A stretch of 64,000 nt of DNA, taken from Narcine bancroftii. Its lineage: Eukaryota. The stretch spans positions 96,472,001 to 96,536,000 of the forward strand of contig NC_091470.1 of the NCBI RefSeq assembly GCF_036971445.1, in the 5' to 3' direction. The notes beneath the pieces were generated by a model. That model ran no database searches. It was not told the DNA's origin and worked only from the letters and a program-made list of their open reading frames with translations. Both the position numbers and the translations under genes were made by a program. Shown piece by piece: positions 51,221 to 63,266 of the stretch (the first letter of the stretch is position 1; every line of letters starts with the position of its first letter).

Positions 51221-52514
51221 AGGAGGGACCGGATTTCTGTAAAATCATGGCTGACCTTCAAGGTTCCTTTTATTGTCACATTATAATACATTATAACATT
51301 CATGATATACTTTAATTTTTTTCTCCGTAAGGCAGAGCCGCCATGTTCAAGATTATTTTATTGTCAGGTAATAAAACGGAAACTGTATTGTACAAAATTT
51401 CCTTTAGTCTAACGTAAGGCAGAAAAAAGATTCGCCAACAGCATGAATTACCCGGTGCCCCTGAGAGCCAGAGAAAGAGAAGCAGAGTCGTCCCTTGTGT
51501 CGTGTGTCGTCGTCGTGTCCCCCCCCCCGGTCACTGAGTGTGCATGGATTCCTCACCGTGCTCCCACTGCCTCCGCAGCCACTAGATCTGAAACATCAGC
51601 ATCCCGAGCTCCAGGTTCACACCTGTGGCATGTTGAGGAAGCCCTCTGTACCACTTCCCTACACTAACCCTGTCCACCTCTGGGGTGAGCAGACCAACTG
51701 AGCCAAAGGCCCGCTGCAGTCTGAGTGACTTGGGTGCAGCCCCTACTCTGGCAGGGGAGCATTCTCTCTGCATCTGCCCCAGTCCCACAGAAAGCTGTTG
51801 TGCCTTCCCATAAGATCATCTCTAAACACCAGTGTTTTGTAGCTCCTCACTGAATAATCCCCTATCCCAGTGAGTCCACAATCTGGGGCTGCCGATTTGC
51901 TGTCACTTTGTGTGAAGCATAGGACCCACTTGTGGCACATCAGTGCATGGGAGTCTGTGTTCCAAAACACCATCAATTCCCCCCACCCCATTTATACTCA
52001 TCCTTGGCCTCTGGAATTGAGGGGTGGGGGGTTAGGAAACCACGCAGGCTGGGGGCTGCTGGAGACTGGCTGAAGGGGTACCTGATATCAGAACCGGGAC
52101 ACAAGAGGATGCTGAGGGCCCTGAAGGGTTCGTGTTGGAGGTTTGAATCTGGAGCTCAGGTTGATGGCTTGGACTAGACTGTGAGGCTGTGGAGGTTGCG
52201 AGAGCACTGGAGGCGAATCCACGGACACTCGGTGACTCTGAGGGCAACTTTTTGCATCTCTTTTTCTTGACTGCTTTAGATAATTTCAGCTGATGGCAAA
52301 TCTGTCCGCCTTACAGCAGACAAAAGTAATTTTGTGTTATATGACATGGATTTTAATTGCATGGCAATAAATTAAATCACAAATCTTGAAGATTGTTCAC
52401 TAGGGGAGGAGCCATGATCTTACTCAACAGGGTGGCAGGTTTGGGAACAGTTGCATCAGTCGTTAGGTGGCAGCCGTACAGATTCCGCTTGCTAACTTGG
52501 AGCTCTGTGTTCAG

Positions 52515-52612
52515 GGGCGCCATCTGCAAGCAGCCTGCTCCAGGGATTGAGCTTCAGCCTGCAAGACATGGGAACAAAGGGCACCAGTTTGAGCTCTGCT
52601 AGTTCGAGTCAG
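52515..52612 (+). CDS. KANSL3: KANSL3 coding exon 18
   Basis: GAPSASSLLQGLSFSLQDMGTK (human SASSLLQGLSFSLQDI); ttcag| and |gtacat. Confidence 0.92.
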
Positions 52613-52797
52613 GTACATCTCCCACCTCTCACAGGGGCCAAGCATGAATGGGTTTGGGAGCCTGTGATGGGAGTCCTGTGGGGTGGAGTCTGTATGGGAG
52701 AGGAGTGATTGGATTGCCTGGCTGATTGCGGGAATTGGTGGTGTTCTCGACCTGAGGTGACTGGTTGCTCTGTTTCACTGCCTTGATGTCGTTGCAG

Positions 52798-52978
52798 ACC
52801 CAAAGTGTGAAGAGCTCGAGCACCACCTTGGGATCTGTCACCCCCACCAATCCCATCGTGCGCACTGTCAGTGCCTCGCCGGTGTCAGGAACCCTGAGTG
52901 GAAAACCTAGCGCCGTTCAACACCTGCTGAGCAATGGCGGTCTGGCCAAACTGACCAGCAGTTCGACCACATCAGCAG
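52798..52978 (+). CDS. KANSL3: KANSL3 coding exon 19
   Basis: PIVRTV...GKPSAVQHLLSNGGLAKL (human GKPTAIHQLLTNGGLAKL). Confidence 0.92.
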
Positions 52979-54195
52979 GTACCATCAAAACCACAAGCAT
53001 CTGAACATGCAGCCAAGTTTTCTGCCCTCACTCCAGTCACTCTGATGGAGGAATGCAGTAGCCATTGTGAGCACAGCAAAACTCCATTACAATGGTGATG
53101 ACCAGATAATTGCCCCTGAGGCACAAGAAAGGTTTCACGGCACGTGACTCACCTGGGGAGCCCACCATTCCGGGAACTTGGCCACTGTCCCCTCAGACAC
53201 CATAGGTGCCTAGATGTAATCCCAAGAGGGGCAGGCAGTCAGCTCACCCTGATCCCTTGATCGCCTGTTGCCTTGACCTGTGAATAGAAATCTTGGCCAG
53301 GCCCAGCAACTTCCCACATGGATGCATGGAGATCTTCTGAGTGCCTCACACCCCCTCCCCACCTGGTGACCGTAAATTAGGAGGGTCGGTCTGGTGTAGC
53401 CAGATATTGCGGAGGATGCTTGTTGTACATGTATCTCTGCAGGGCCCTGAGACGGAGGGCTGCCAATGGCTACGGACGCATACCAGCGTCTGATTACCCT
53501 CCTCGATCAAGAGACTCAGAACCGCTCATGGCAACAAAAGCCGTGGGTGGGACCAGAGTGACCTGCCGGTACTACAGCATCAAGGCCACCAGAGCTGATT
53601 GATAACTAGTGCCCTGCCCCAGTACAAGATGGTGTGGAGGAGACCCGACCTGCTCCCCAACCACTCGGAGACCTTCGCCTGCAGGTCCTGCCAGTTGGTT
53701 AGCCGGGACTCCCTAACTGTACTCCAGTAGACCCCATCTTCTCGGGCAGGGAGTCCCCTGCTATTGTCCTACCAGAAGGGCTGAGCACTTTGCCCAGTTG
53801 ACTCTGGCAGAGAATGCAGCTGAGAAGAGCTTCTGGCACTTGTACATCCTCTGCAGGTCAACCAAAGTAAGTGACCATGAGGAGGACATCTTTGGCATAA
53901 GCCGACAGGATGACCTTCATTCCCCCCCGACAAACTTCCGGCTAATTGCTCGAACTGCATAGTTGGAGACAGCAGAGCTTTAATCACAAACAGCGGGCTT
54001 CTGAACAAGACGCCTGCCTGAGCACTCCCATACAAAACCTGCATTTCAAATCTCATTTCAGCCGTTTAAATCACTTAAAGTATCTTTCTCCGTCTTCCTG
54101 GGAGTGCTGACTATGACTTCTGCACTAGCAATTCACCTCTCCAAATGTGACAGCTTTGTGCATTGACTTCTGTATTTTTCCTTCCTGTTGTGCAG

Positions 54196-54341
54196 GGACC
54201 AAGCCTCCGACTACCATCACTGTGACCCTGAGGACTCAGGCTGGCCGAGTGTCCTCCCTGAGCCAGTCCTGCTCTGCAGGCAACCTCAGCCTTGAGGGAA
54301 TTGACCAAGAAGAAAGAGTTCCTGCTGCCCGGACTCAGCAG
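54196..54341 (+). CDS. KANSL3: KANSL3 coding exon 20
   Basis: GTKPPTTITVTLRTQ (human KVPTTITLTLRGQ); tgcag| and |gtgaga. Confidence 0.9.
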
Positions 54342-55013
54342 GTGAGAGGTTTGCTTTGAGTCTCGCACCTTTGATGACGTGGAATGCTCTTTCATAACCA
54401 TCCTTATGTAGGGATGCTTTCTACAAACATGACCTTCCCAAAGTCAAAATCAGAGGGAATGAGGTGGCGTGGAGGGGGCTGGGAGGCTGTGAGTACAACT
54501 ACCCCAGACATTAGGACTTTTCACACTGCCAGCGAGCAGTGACTCTACTTGGACCTGGGTGAAATTCGCCCTCCTCGGCAATAAGTGGTGGGGGGGGGGG
54601 GGGGGTCCGCCCTCTGCGATGTCACGGTACACATAAGGCTACTTACAGTTCTCAGGATCTCGGAATTGGACCTTTATGTTGCTTCCCATTGCCCATTGTG
54701 CATCCAAACTGACCTTCATTGGATACAGGGTGTTTATTTCATCACGTTAATACATGTCTTTAAAGCATTTCTTTGAGATTCAGATTTGGTGATATCGTCC
54801 AAACGTTTATTGAGACCCACCCCCCCCCCCCCCCCCCCACTTCGAGCCCACTTCAGGACGTTGCAGCGGTGGTACAATGCAGCATCAATGGCCGACTTTG
54901 TTTCCTATAATCCCTCACGCAGCTGGAACCGCTCTGGGAAATACACAGGTTGTGTATGAGGTGGAAGCTTCTTGCATCTTAGTAACTCTAATGCTTTCGT
55001 TATCACTCTGCAG

Positions 55014-55164
55014 TGCTCTGACTCTCTGCTCCCAGTCCCAAGATCCCAAGGTGTTGGCACTGTTGACCAGACCAAAGCACGAGATATGAGCAAAGGCCAT
55101 TCCCCAGAGGAGTCATTTTCCTTGGAAAAGGGTCCAAATCCCCAGAGCTTGTGCTCATCTGCAG
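55014..55164 (+). CDS. KANSL3: KANSL3 predicted coding exon 21 (no human counterpart recognised)
   Basis: ctgcag| acceptor, cag|gtgagt donor, open frame, phase 0/1 bridges exons 20 and 22. Confidence 0.7.
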
Positions 55165-56566
55165 GTGAGTCTGCCATGTAGGCATTGGCTGGCCTCTCTA
55201 TTCCCCAGGTAACTCTGTCATCCTTTCGGAGACAGGCTGTTGGTTCAGCCTCTATTATGTTGGTGCAAGGATTCACAAAATGTCAAATTTATTCAACATT
55301 TGTTTGAGATTTAATGATCAAACTATAATGGAAATCCTAAAATCCAGATGGCTTGGGGATTGGGTCAGTCTGGATTCTTGGGCTGTTCTTTTGAAATTCA
55401 AATTTAAGAGATGAACAGGTAAAATTTGATAGTTTATTCATTAGCAAATACAGCAGGCTTCATTTATCAAAATGAGCAGTTTAAAGAGAAAAAATGGCAC
55501 TTGTGCATGCACGCAAAATTTTAAAAGTTTGAGTTTTCAAAGTCCTCATTTTTGGGTGGTCCAGATTTCTCGCTTCTGGATTTTTGGACTTCTACTGTTA
55601 AGGTTTTTTCCTGAAAAATATTTACCCACTAGTTTGAGGGTAGATGAGCAAGAGTCATGAGAAGTGTCTGAAATTAGAGTCCATAATAGTCACCAGTTGA
55701 AAGTAAAACTGCAATATGATGTGATTTTGGGACTGAGTGAGGGAAGTTGTGGAAATTTAGCAGTGATGGGATCAAAACTGCCCTGATGTACCTCAGGGAG
55801 GAAATGCCATCTTTACCTTGGTGCTTTGTGATACCCCAGGCCCTCAGCGTGACTGACAGCAGGATCGCCATCTGTATCTTGTGTTTGAATAACAAAAGAA
55901 TGGGCCATGTGCTATTGACCTCAGAGTTAAGTATGGCCATGACAGTGACTTGCAGTTCTCCCCTCAGTCACCTGCCCATTAGGACTCTGTCCTAAGATGA
56001 ATTGAGCATCAGCCCGATTGATGCACAGAATTTACCTTTGATATGTGCAAGACTTTTCCATAACAATCCTTGTGTAGGATGCTTCCAAGGAACAGGGTCA
56101 AGGGCAGCAAGCCCATGGGAAAACCAGCAGGTGGATTGTATTCCCAAGTTGAAAATGATAGTTCCTTCAATCACTATGTCTAGAAGGCCCCCCCCCCCCT
56201 CATGGTGGGAGTTCCTTCAAAAGGTTGTTCACACCACTCCAAAGGCAGTCAATCACCAAATCTACCTCGAACTCAACTTTGTTCATTTTGTCCAAGTCTG
56301 CATTGTCTCAAAGGCCTAATACAGTAAACTCCCTGGTTAACCAGGACCTACGGGGTTTGATAGATGCTTGATAAGTGAATTTTCTGGTTGCTTGAGATTG
56401 CATGATGTGTGATTGGCAAACTAACAGCTAGGTGCTCCAATTTTAAACCCGTATTTTTTATCTATTTATTTTCTAGTTACCTGAATTCTAGATAATGGGT
56501 TTTACTTTAAGGAGCTGCACACTTCAGTGTTCAGAATGGGAGTCATTGTTTGCTTTTATTTTCCAG

Positions 56567-56988
56567 TTACCACAAGTCCAACAAAGACTCTTTATGTGAT
56601 GTCCGATGCCAAGATGTCTGCCCTCACCAAATCTATTATCACTCCTCTCGAAGTCTCGACTCCGAGGTCTCTGGGGACTCCTCCTGTGAACACGGTCGGT
56701 CCCCTTCTCAGCCCTTCCATCGCCAGCTCCACCTGTAGTGTGATCCTTTCCAAAGTGGGACCTGTTCTTCGGAGTTCCTCCACCACCACAACCCTCTCTT
56801 CAGGCAAGACTGAAATGAAACTGGCCTCAGGCGAACGATTCAGCCTAGCAAAGACACTGAGCTCGGGGTCTGTGAGTACAGAGACCTTGGGCAAAGTGCC
56901 CTCAGTGATGGACCAAGGGAGCACCATTCTCCACACCACAGAAACTCCTAGCCTGATGGGTTCCCTGGCAACCAGTACACAGCAGTGA
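56567..56988 (+). CDS. KANSL3: KANSL3 predicted terminal coding exon 22 (Ser/Thr-rich)
   Basis: Strong acceptor ttttattttccag|, ~140 open codons VTTSPTKTLYVMSDAK...TSTQQ*, followed by AATAAA. Confidence 0.75.
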
Positions 56989-56997
56989 CCTCTACCG

Positions 56998-57003
56998 AAT
57001 AAA
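56998..57003 (+). terminator. KANSL3 proximal poly(A) signal candidate
   Basis: AATAAA 10 nt after the stop codon. Confidence 0.4.
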
Positions 57004-57226
57004 GGCTGGAGCGTGTGCAGGACAATAGTGAGAAATGTACAGAGCTAATAATGTGTTTCTTCCTTATTTTTGTAATATTTCATTGGATTTGTTGGGTCAT
57101 TTAGTAGATGCTTGGTGCTCATCCGACAGCAATGTCAGCATCCAAGAGATCTGCTGGAAGTGGGAGGAAGGGGTACAGTGAGCCCCTATAGCACTGAGGT
57201 TACTACTGTCTCTGTGAGAATAACAA

Positions 57227-57232
57227 AATAAA
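57227..57232 (+). terminator. KANSL3 distal poly(A) signal candidate
   Basis: AATAAA with T-rich sequence ~35 nt downstream. Confidence 0.55.
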
Positions 57233-57265
57233 GATCGGAAAGAAAGGATGTGGACACAAGATATC

Positions 57266-57271
57266 TTTAAT
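57266..57271 (-). terminator. COX5B poly(A) signal candidate
   Basis: tttaat on + equals ATTAAA on -, ~90 nt after the COX5B stop. Confidence 0.55.
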
Positions 57272-57362
57272 ATTTTATACTCGTAAACAGTAAAGTACAC
57301 CAAGTTGGCAGATGCCCTAGGAGTGCTAAACATTGGGCTCCAAACCATGAAGCAAGATTCAT

Positions 57363-57469
57363 TCAGTGCTTGTGAGGTACGAGCTTGTAATGTGCTCCAC
57401 AGGATGGACAGCGTTGAGCATCACCCTCGTGAAGCCAGAACCAGATCACTGCAGTGTTATCCTCCTCGC
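57363..57469 (-). CDS. COX5B: Cytochrome c oxidase subunit 5B, exon 4
   Basis: [35 protein letters not shown]; zinc-binding CxxC. Confidence 0.97.
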
Positions 57470-57532
57470 CTACAGAAACAAAACACTCAGTCAATCATTT
57501 GACGAGGTTATCAGGATGGTAGTGCAACACGA

Positions 57533-57850
57533 AGTTTATTGTCAGCTGATTGCACAAGTACAACCCGATGAAACAGTGTTCTCCGGTCCTCAGACCAAAA
57601 CACGCAGGCACAACACAAACTAATTCATCTATACAAGGGTCTGGGACGGTGAGTGCGAGCAGTTTCTCTGGTCGTTCAGCATTCTCACTGCCCGTGGTGC
57701 TGGCCCTGACACTCCTGGATCTCTTCCCCAACAGGAGCATCTGAAAGATGTGGGGTGGAAGGGGGGTCCTCAATGATTTTGCGTACCCTCTTCAGACAAC
57801 GATCCTGGTAGATCACGTTGATGGGTGGGGGGAGGAGCGAGGACTCCAGT
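57533..57850 (-). mobile_element. Rex1/Babar 3' fragment in COX5B intron 3
   Basis: Same family block as 8040-8550. Confidence 0.7.
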
Positions 57851-57948
57851 GATGTATGCGGAGGCAGTGATACATCCTCATGCTAGCGCATCAATGCAGC
57901 TCTGATTGTTGCTGAACCTTGTCCCACCCACAGTAGTGAGTTACTTAC

Positions 57949-58048
57949 ACACACAGCCCACCAGCCTCTTGTTGGTGATAGACGGAACAATGTGAGGATC
58001 ACTCTTCGTCCCAGCGTACTCCTTAGGTTTCAGGACATTGTATGGATC
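57949..58048 (-). CDS. COX5B: COX5B exon 3
   Basis: [33 protein letters not shown]; ttcag| and |gtaagt. Confidence 0.97.
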
Positions 58049-58409
58049 CTGAAGGAAAAGATCAGAGCCAGTCAGCACCTGCATTGCAGTGGCAGCTCAT
58101 TGCTTTTGGGTCAATGCACTAAACTGTCACTAAGTTGCATGCAGAGCAGACAACTTCTTGGGACAGATCTTGAGCAGTAATGTCACGGATACACAGCCCC
58201 GATGGCCCAAGACTATGCTGATCAGTGAATTAGGTCAAGTGTGAAGAACCCATGTACACATCTCACTCACCTCGATCTGAGTAAATCTACAGGGCCTAGG
58301 TCACCACCCAATTCCCAGGTTTATTGGTTACAATCCCAAGCTCTATCTCTACTTGAGACAGTTCAAGATGACTAGTCTGCACGGGAAACTGCCAGAGCTC
58401 CTTATGTAC

Positions 58410-58480
58410 CTTCCCAGTTTTCATTGCCTGCATGATGATCTTTTCCAAGCCCGTGGCTTGTTCTTCATCAGTTGGGATTC
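58410..58480 (-). CDS. COX5B: COX5B exon 2
   Basis: GIPTDEEQATGLEKIIMQAMKTGK; ctgcag| and |gtacat. Confidence 0.97.
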
Positions 58481-61400
58481 CTGCAGTTCAGAGGGAAAAG
58501 CACATCAAGTATTTTTGTTTTGCATTCAGCATTGGGAGGTCTGATCCCGGAGCAAGTGCAACTTCACACCCTTCAAGCATCTCAGAATAAAGGAAAACAA
58601 CAAATAAATAACCAATCAATATTCACACTGCAATGTCTCCAAAAGGGAGGAGGCCAACACATTCTGCCTCTACAGTAACCAATACTCAATTTAGTAATCA
58701 CCTCCGTTTCCTGTGTGCCAAAAGATTTGACAGCTCATGTGAGTCCTCCAGTGAAAAATTATTCCATGGCCTGGTTATCCTCAAAGAAACCAGCCTCGAA
58801 AGATCACTGTTACACAGTAAAATCTCTGTTATCCAGAATTCAAGCAACCGGCAAACGAAATCGCAAAAAATAATTGGTTAAAAATATGGATATTTAAAAT
58901 CGCACACCTCGCCGTTAATTTTCCACACAACCCGCAAACAACCAGAAACTTAAATTCATCCAGTATCTGCCAATCACTGCAGGTGCTTGGATACCAGGGT
59001 TTTACTGTATCTCCTTTATTCCCAATCCTGTCTATGCCACGATGTTCAGAGTCGTCACTGGAATGCTGGCACGAATCATAGCATTTCCATTCCACAACAT
59101 TGGCAGATCGTTGCTGATACATTCACAATGTTTCCCCCATTTCCTATTAACATGACCTTGGATACCTGGCCTTTCTCAGTTGAATTTAGCTTGTTAGGCC
59201 TTCAGGAAAATCCAAGGAAGTTGAAACAACTCTATGCAGAGATGGGAAATTGGCTCAGTTTAACCACCATAACTGGGTGATAAAGGTTTTTTTTTTAATC
59301 CTCTCTGAGCATTTCACCCAAAGAAGTCTCATCAAATCCTGATTCAACCAATCCTGGGGTCAGCAGATCCAACACAGCCAAAGAGCGGGCTGTGCAAGGG
59401 AAACAACCAGTGTTGTTCTTCACTCTGCTGGGCTCTCTTCATGTCGGCTCAGGGACACCCCATAATCTCAGTTTTGAAGGACTTGCCTTCACATTCTATT
59501 CAAAAGAGGAGCCAAATGTGCAGACAAACAGCTGCTTCACCAGTGTCAGTTGTCGAAACGGGCATGCCACACTGCTCCATCTGATGGCACCAATGTTAAG
59601 TTACAGGCTAGGCAAGTTTGACAGAATATTTCAGTCCATGTAAAGCAAACAGCCACAGCACGAGAGTTAGAGCATCTGTGGTTAACATATTAGCAATCCA
59701 GAGAAGTTCAATATGCATTATAACAGCCACAACATTTTGTTAATTGAAACATTGGGAGCCATCATGACCAGGAACCCATCAACCCCAAATGGTTCACTAA
59801 TATCCTTCAGGGAATTCCTGACCCACACAACGGGACTCACTCTGAACTTTCCACACTGCAGGTACAGAGGGGCCCAGGGAGACCTCTGCACAAATTTGTA
59901 CCCAAAGAAGTCCTGTGCCTTTAGATGAAACCTGGACCAACTTGTCATCCTCCCTCATACATAATGTTGAGCAACACTTTGAAGCGCTGTGGGGGGGGGG
60001 GAAATAATGACGACACAATGAAAAGGTGTATTCTGTGTGAGAGACTTCAACTCTCATCACCAAGTGCGGCTCAGGTACACCAAGGGTGTCAAACGAACAA
60101 TGTCTACAGGTGCACCATCTAAAGCAGACTTGCAGGATGCATCAGTGCAGTACTGGAGTTCCTATACCCAAGATCAGAAAAAAAACTACAAAGACTGAGT
60201 GCAGGTCAGAGAATAACACAAAGTTCCCTATCCTCCATGGGCTCTATCTAAATCTCCCTTTGCCTAGGAAAGGCAGCTAACATACTGAAGGTCCCATCGC
60301 ACCCCAGATACACACTCTTCTCCTAATAGGCTCAGGAGAATGAAAGCGTACACCCATAGGCTTAAAAGCACTTGCACTCCCACAGCTTCTGAATGAACCC
60401 CACAACATTGTTCTCGTGCGATCTGTAAATTGTGCTCTTTACACAGATGTATGAATGTTAAAGATAACCTGTTAGTCTGCTCACAGAAGTACCCTTCTTC
60501 CTGCACTAGATGTGACAAATATAAGGACAAGTTGCCAGTCTGGGCCTTTAAAATGCAGTGGGCAGTCTACTTGACCTCCCATCTGCTGCAGAAGTAGCTT
60601 ACAGACTCCTACAGTCCTGTGGAGACAGGCCCCAACGTCACTCTCGGAGTCTGTGACAGCCCCCACAAATACTGTGGATCAACAACAGCAGGATCACTAG
60701 CCTCGCAGCCCAGCATATCCCTTGCTCTCACATTACTACTGACCATGGGTGGACCAGGATTCTAAAAAGTGAGATGCCCTGGCAAAGGTTCACAGTTCAA
60801 CATGCATACTAAACCCAAAAGCAGCATGCAACAGACAGAGCAAAGTGATCCAAAAACCAACAGATTAGATCAAAGCTCTGCAGTCTTACCACAACCCAGC
60901 CACGGCTGATGGGGCCAATTTTACAGCCAACAGAAGTGGCAGTGGTTCTGAAGAACTCTCTCATCTTCAAGAGCAGGCAGTTCAACACGGAAGGAGCAAG
61001 GACAGGTCGAAGTCTTTCCAACCATGCTTGGCCAGGAGTGCTGAGTGGCGTGGATGGTCGCTTTTTGACCCCCTTCGTCCAGATTGGTGCTACTCTTCAA
61101 GTGTACAGTGAGGAACAGAGGATTTGGGCACTTTAGTTTCTTGGTACTCTATTATATACAAGCTTGGTGGGAGGTCACTCACCCCCAACATACAATTACA
61201 TTGGTTTGTATATCCCGCCACAATCTGACGACCAACAAAAAAAAACAATTTCCTCCATGTGACCAGCATGACCCTATCAGCATGAAGCTACACACTATTC
61301 ATCTGCAAAGCGTATTGTTGTGATTCCCTTTATCAGGTAGTGTACTTGCATCACCTGATCTGGGGAAACTCCAGGCTGATGGAAATTTACTGGCATGGCT

Positions 61401-61677
61401 CAGGTTGCCCAAGTCATGGGGCCATTCACTGAATATTTTCAACCCTCTGCATTCTTTTACAAAGCATTAAGGAACAAGTAGACATGAACTCTCACACTGA
61501 TCATCCTACACCTATCTCCACCAAGCAGACCCTTAGTTCCACAGTAAACCATCCACATCAATTTCTACCTGATGGAAAGAAATGGCTGAGAATGACCCGG
61601 GTGCAATGGCAGATCTACATTCATTAACTGAAATCTGGTCAACTCGATGTCATAGTTACAGCATTGACATCTCTTAC

Positions 61678-61701
61678 CGTGCAACTTTGCCCCGGTTAAT
61701 T
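61678..61701 (-). CDS. COX5B: Candidate 24-nt alternative microexon of COX5B (ELTGAKLH)
   Basis: tttctttttctttggacag|aattaaccggggcaaagttgcacg|gtaaga; frame-preserving and stop-free in phase 1. Confidence 0.5.
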
Positions 61702-62649
61702 CTGTCCAAAGAAAAAGAAACTAAGTAGAAACACACAAAATGTGGATACCAGAATCTGCAGTTTAAAAAAAAGTTGGAGGAACACACCATCCATCAATGC
61801 ACTAATGCTTGAGCTCTGGGACCCTTTATTGAGGCTCCTGACCCGAAATATTAACCAGTCCTCCCCAGAGGTGACCTGCTGAGTCCACTGGCGACTTTTT
61901 ATTGTTGTCTAACTGGACTAACCCACAATCAGCAGCAAAATGATGCAAATATTGTTAGCAGTGCCACCAAGAAGTACTTATTAAACAATAACCTGCTCAC
62001 TAATGTCCAGGTGTCTTTAACAGGAAACGTTTGACTCCAGACCTTATCACAGCCACTGACCAAAGATGTAACTAAGGACCAAATTCCAGAGGGGATGTGG
62101 AAGTGACTGTCCTTGGCATCAGAGTGTGGCATGAAGGAACCCAACAATAAATCTATCCCAATAATAATCATGGGAAATGGTTGTAGTTGAAGGACATCCA
62201 TCATTTAAGCCCTAGGTCATTACTGCACGTTCCTCAAGACAATATCCAAAACCATCAATGACAATTTAGTGTTGATGGTGCAGAGTACAATGACAGGATA
62301 AACTGATAATTTCAAAGTAATGATTGCATCAGACAAGAGCGAGCCTCAGTCCATTGAATCAACACGCGAATATACAGAACAAATTGCAAGTCAGAAGGCT
62401 GAATAGAATGATTACAAAATTAATAAAGAAGAAAGAAATAAATTGCATGCACTTGGAGGGAGAGAAAAATATAAAAATCACTTCTGCTCCTACTGGGTGT
62501 GTTCCAGATTCCCCAACCCTCACCCTTCAAAATGGCCTCTGGTGCCCCTTCACCCAGCCCAACAGCTCCCTTCATCCACATCTCCTTCCACCCCATGAGT
62601 GCTCCCCGCCTGACCCAACTTCCTGCCACACAGTTCCCTTTTACCTCTC

Positions 62650-63030
62650 AACCCCCTCCCCTCCTAGCCTCCCCTCTCCCCTATTAACCTCTGCCAACAC
62701 ACACCACCCCACTGCACCTCCCCCTGCCCACCTGCTCTTCTTCCCATATGGGCTCCCCCAACCCCATGGCCTTCCTCTCCTCTACCCACCCTCCCTCCCC
62801 CCTAAACCCTTCCACCTCCCTCCCCCTCTCCCTCCCTCCTCTCCCTCTCTCCCTCCCCCCTCCTCTCCCTCCCTCCCACCCCTCCCTACCCCCTCTCCCC
62901 ACCCTCCTTCCCCCCTCTCCACCCCTACCTACCCTCCCTCCACCCCTCTTCCACCCTCCCCCTCCTACCCATCCTCCCTCACTATATCCCTCCACCCCCT
63001 CCCTCACTCCCTCCTCTCCACCCTTTCTGT
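62650..63030. repeat. C/T-rich low-complexity tract (G-rich in the COX5B pre-mRNA)
   Basis: ccctccc/cctctcc runs. Confidence 0.85.
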
Positions 63031-63133
63031 TTCCCCGACGCGGTCCTGCTCCTGCTTCCGTCCGGTGACCTTCAGGCCGAGGCCTAACCCCCCTCCTCCC
63101 ATTCCCTTGAGCTGCCCCCGCCTCCGTACTTAC

Positions 63134-63266
63134 CCCCGGAGGCGAAACCCCGGTTGAGGACGCGGCCTGCGGCCGAAGCGGAGCCGGGAGCTCGAGTTGC
63201 CACCAGGCCGAGGCCCCGCCTCCCTCCGAGCACGCCCAACACCGCTGCCGCCCGCGCCGCCGCCAT
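63134..63266 (-). CDS. COX5B: COX5B exon 1 (mitochondrial presequence)
   Basis: MAAARAAAVLGVLGGRRGLGLVATRAPGSASAAGRVLNRGFASG; Arg/Ala-rich with no acidic residues; donor g|gtaagt. Confidence 0.93.

Noticed and set aside
60890-60947. Another exon-like segment in COX5B intron 1 (gtg|gtaaga donor)
   Set aside because: Weak polypyrimidine tract and frame-shifting 58-nt length
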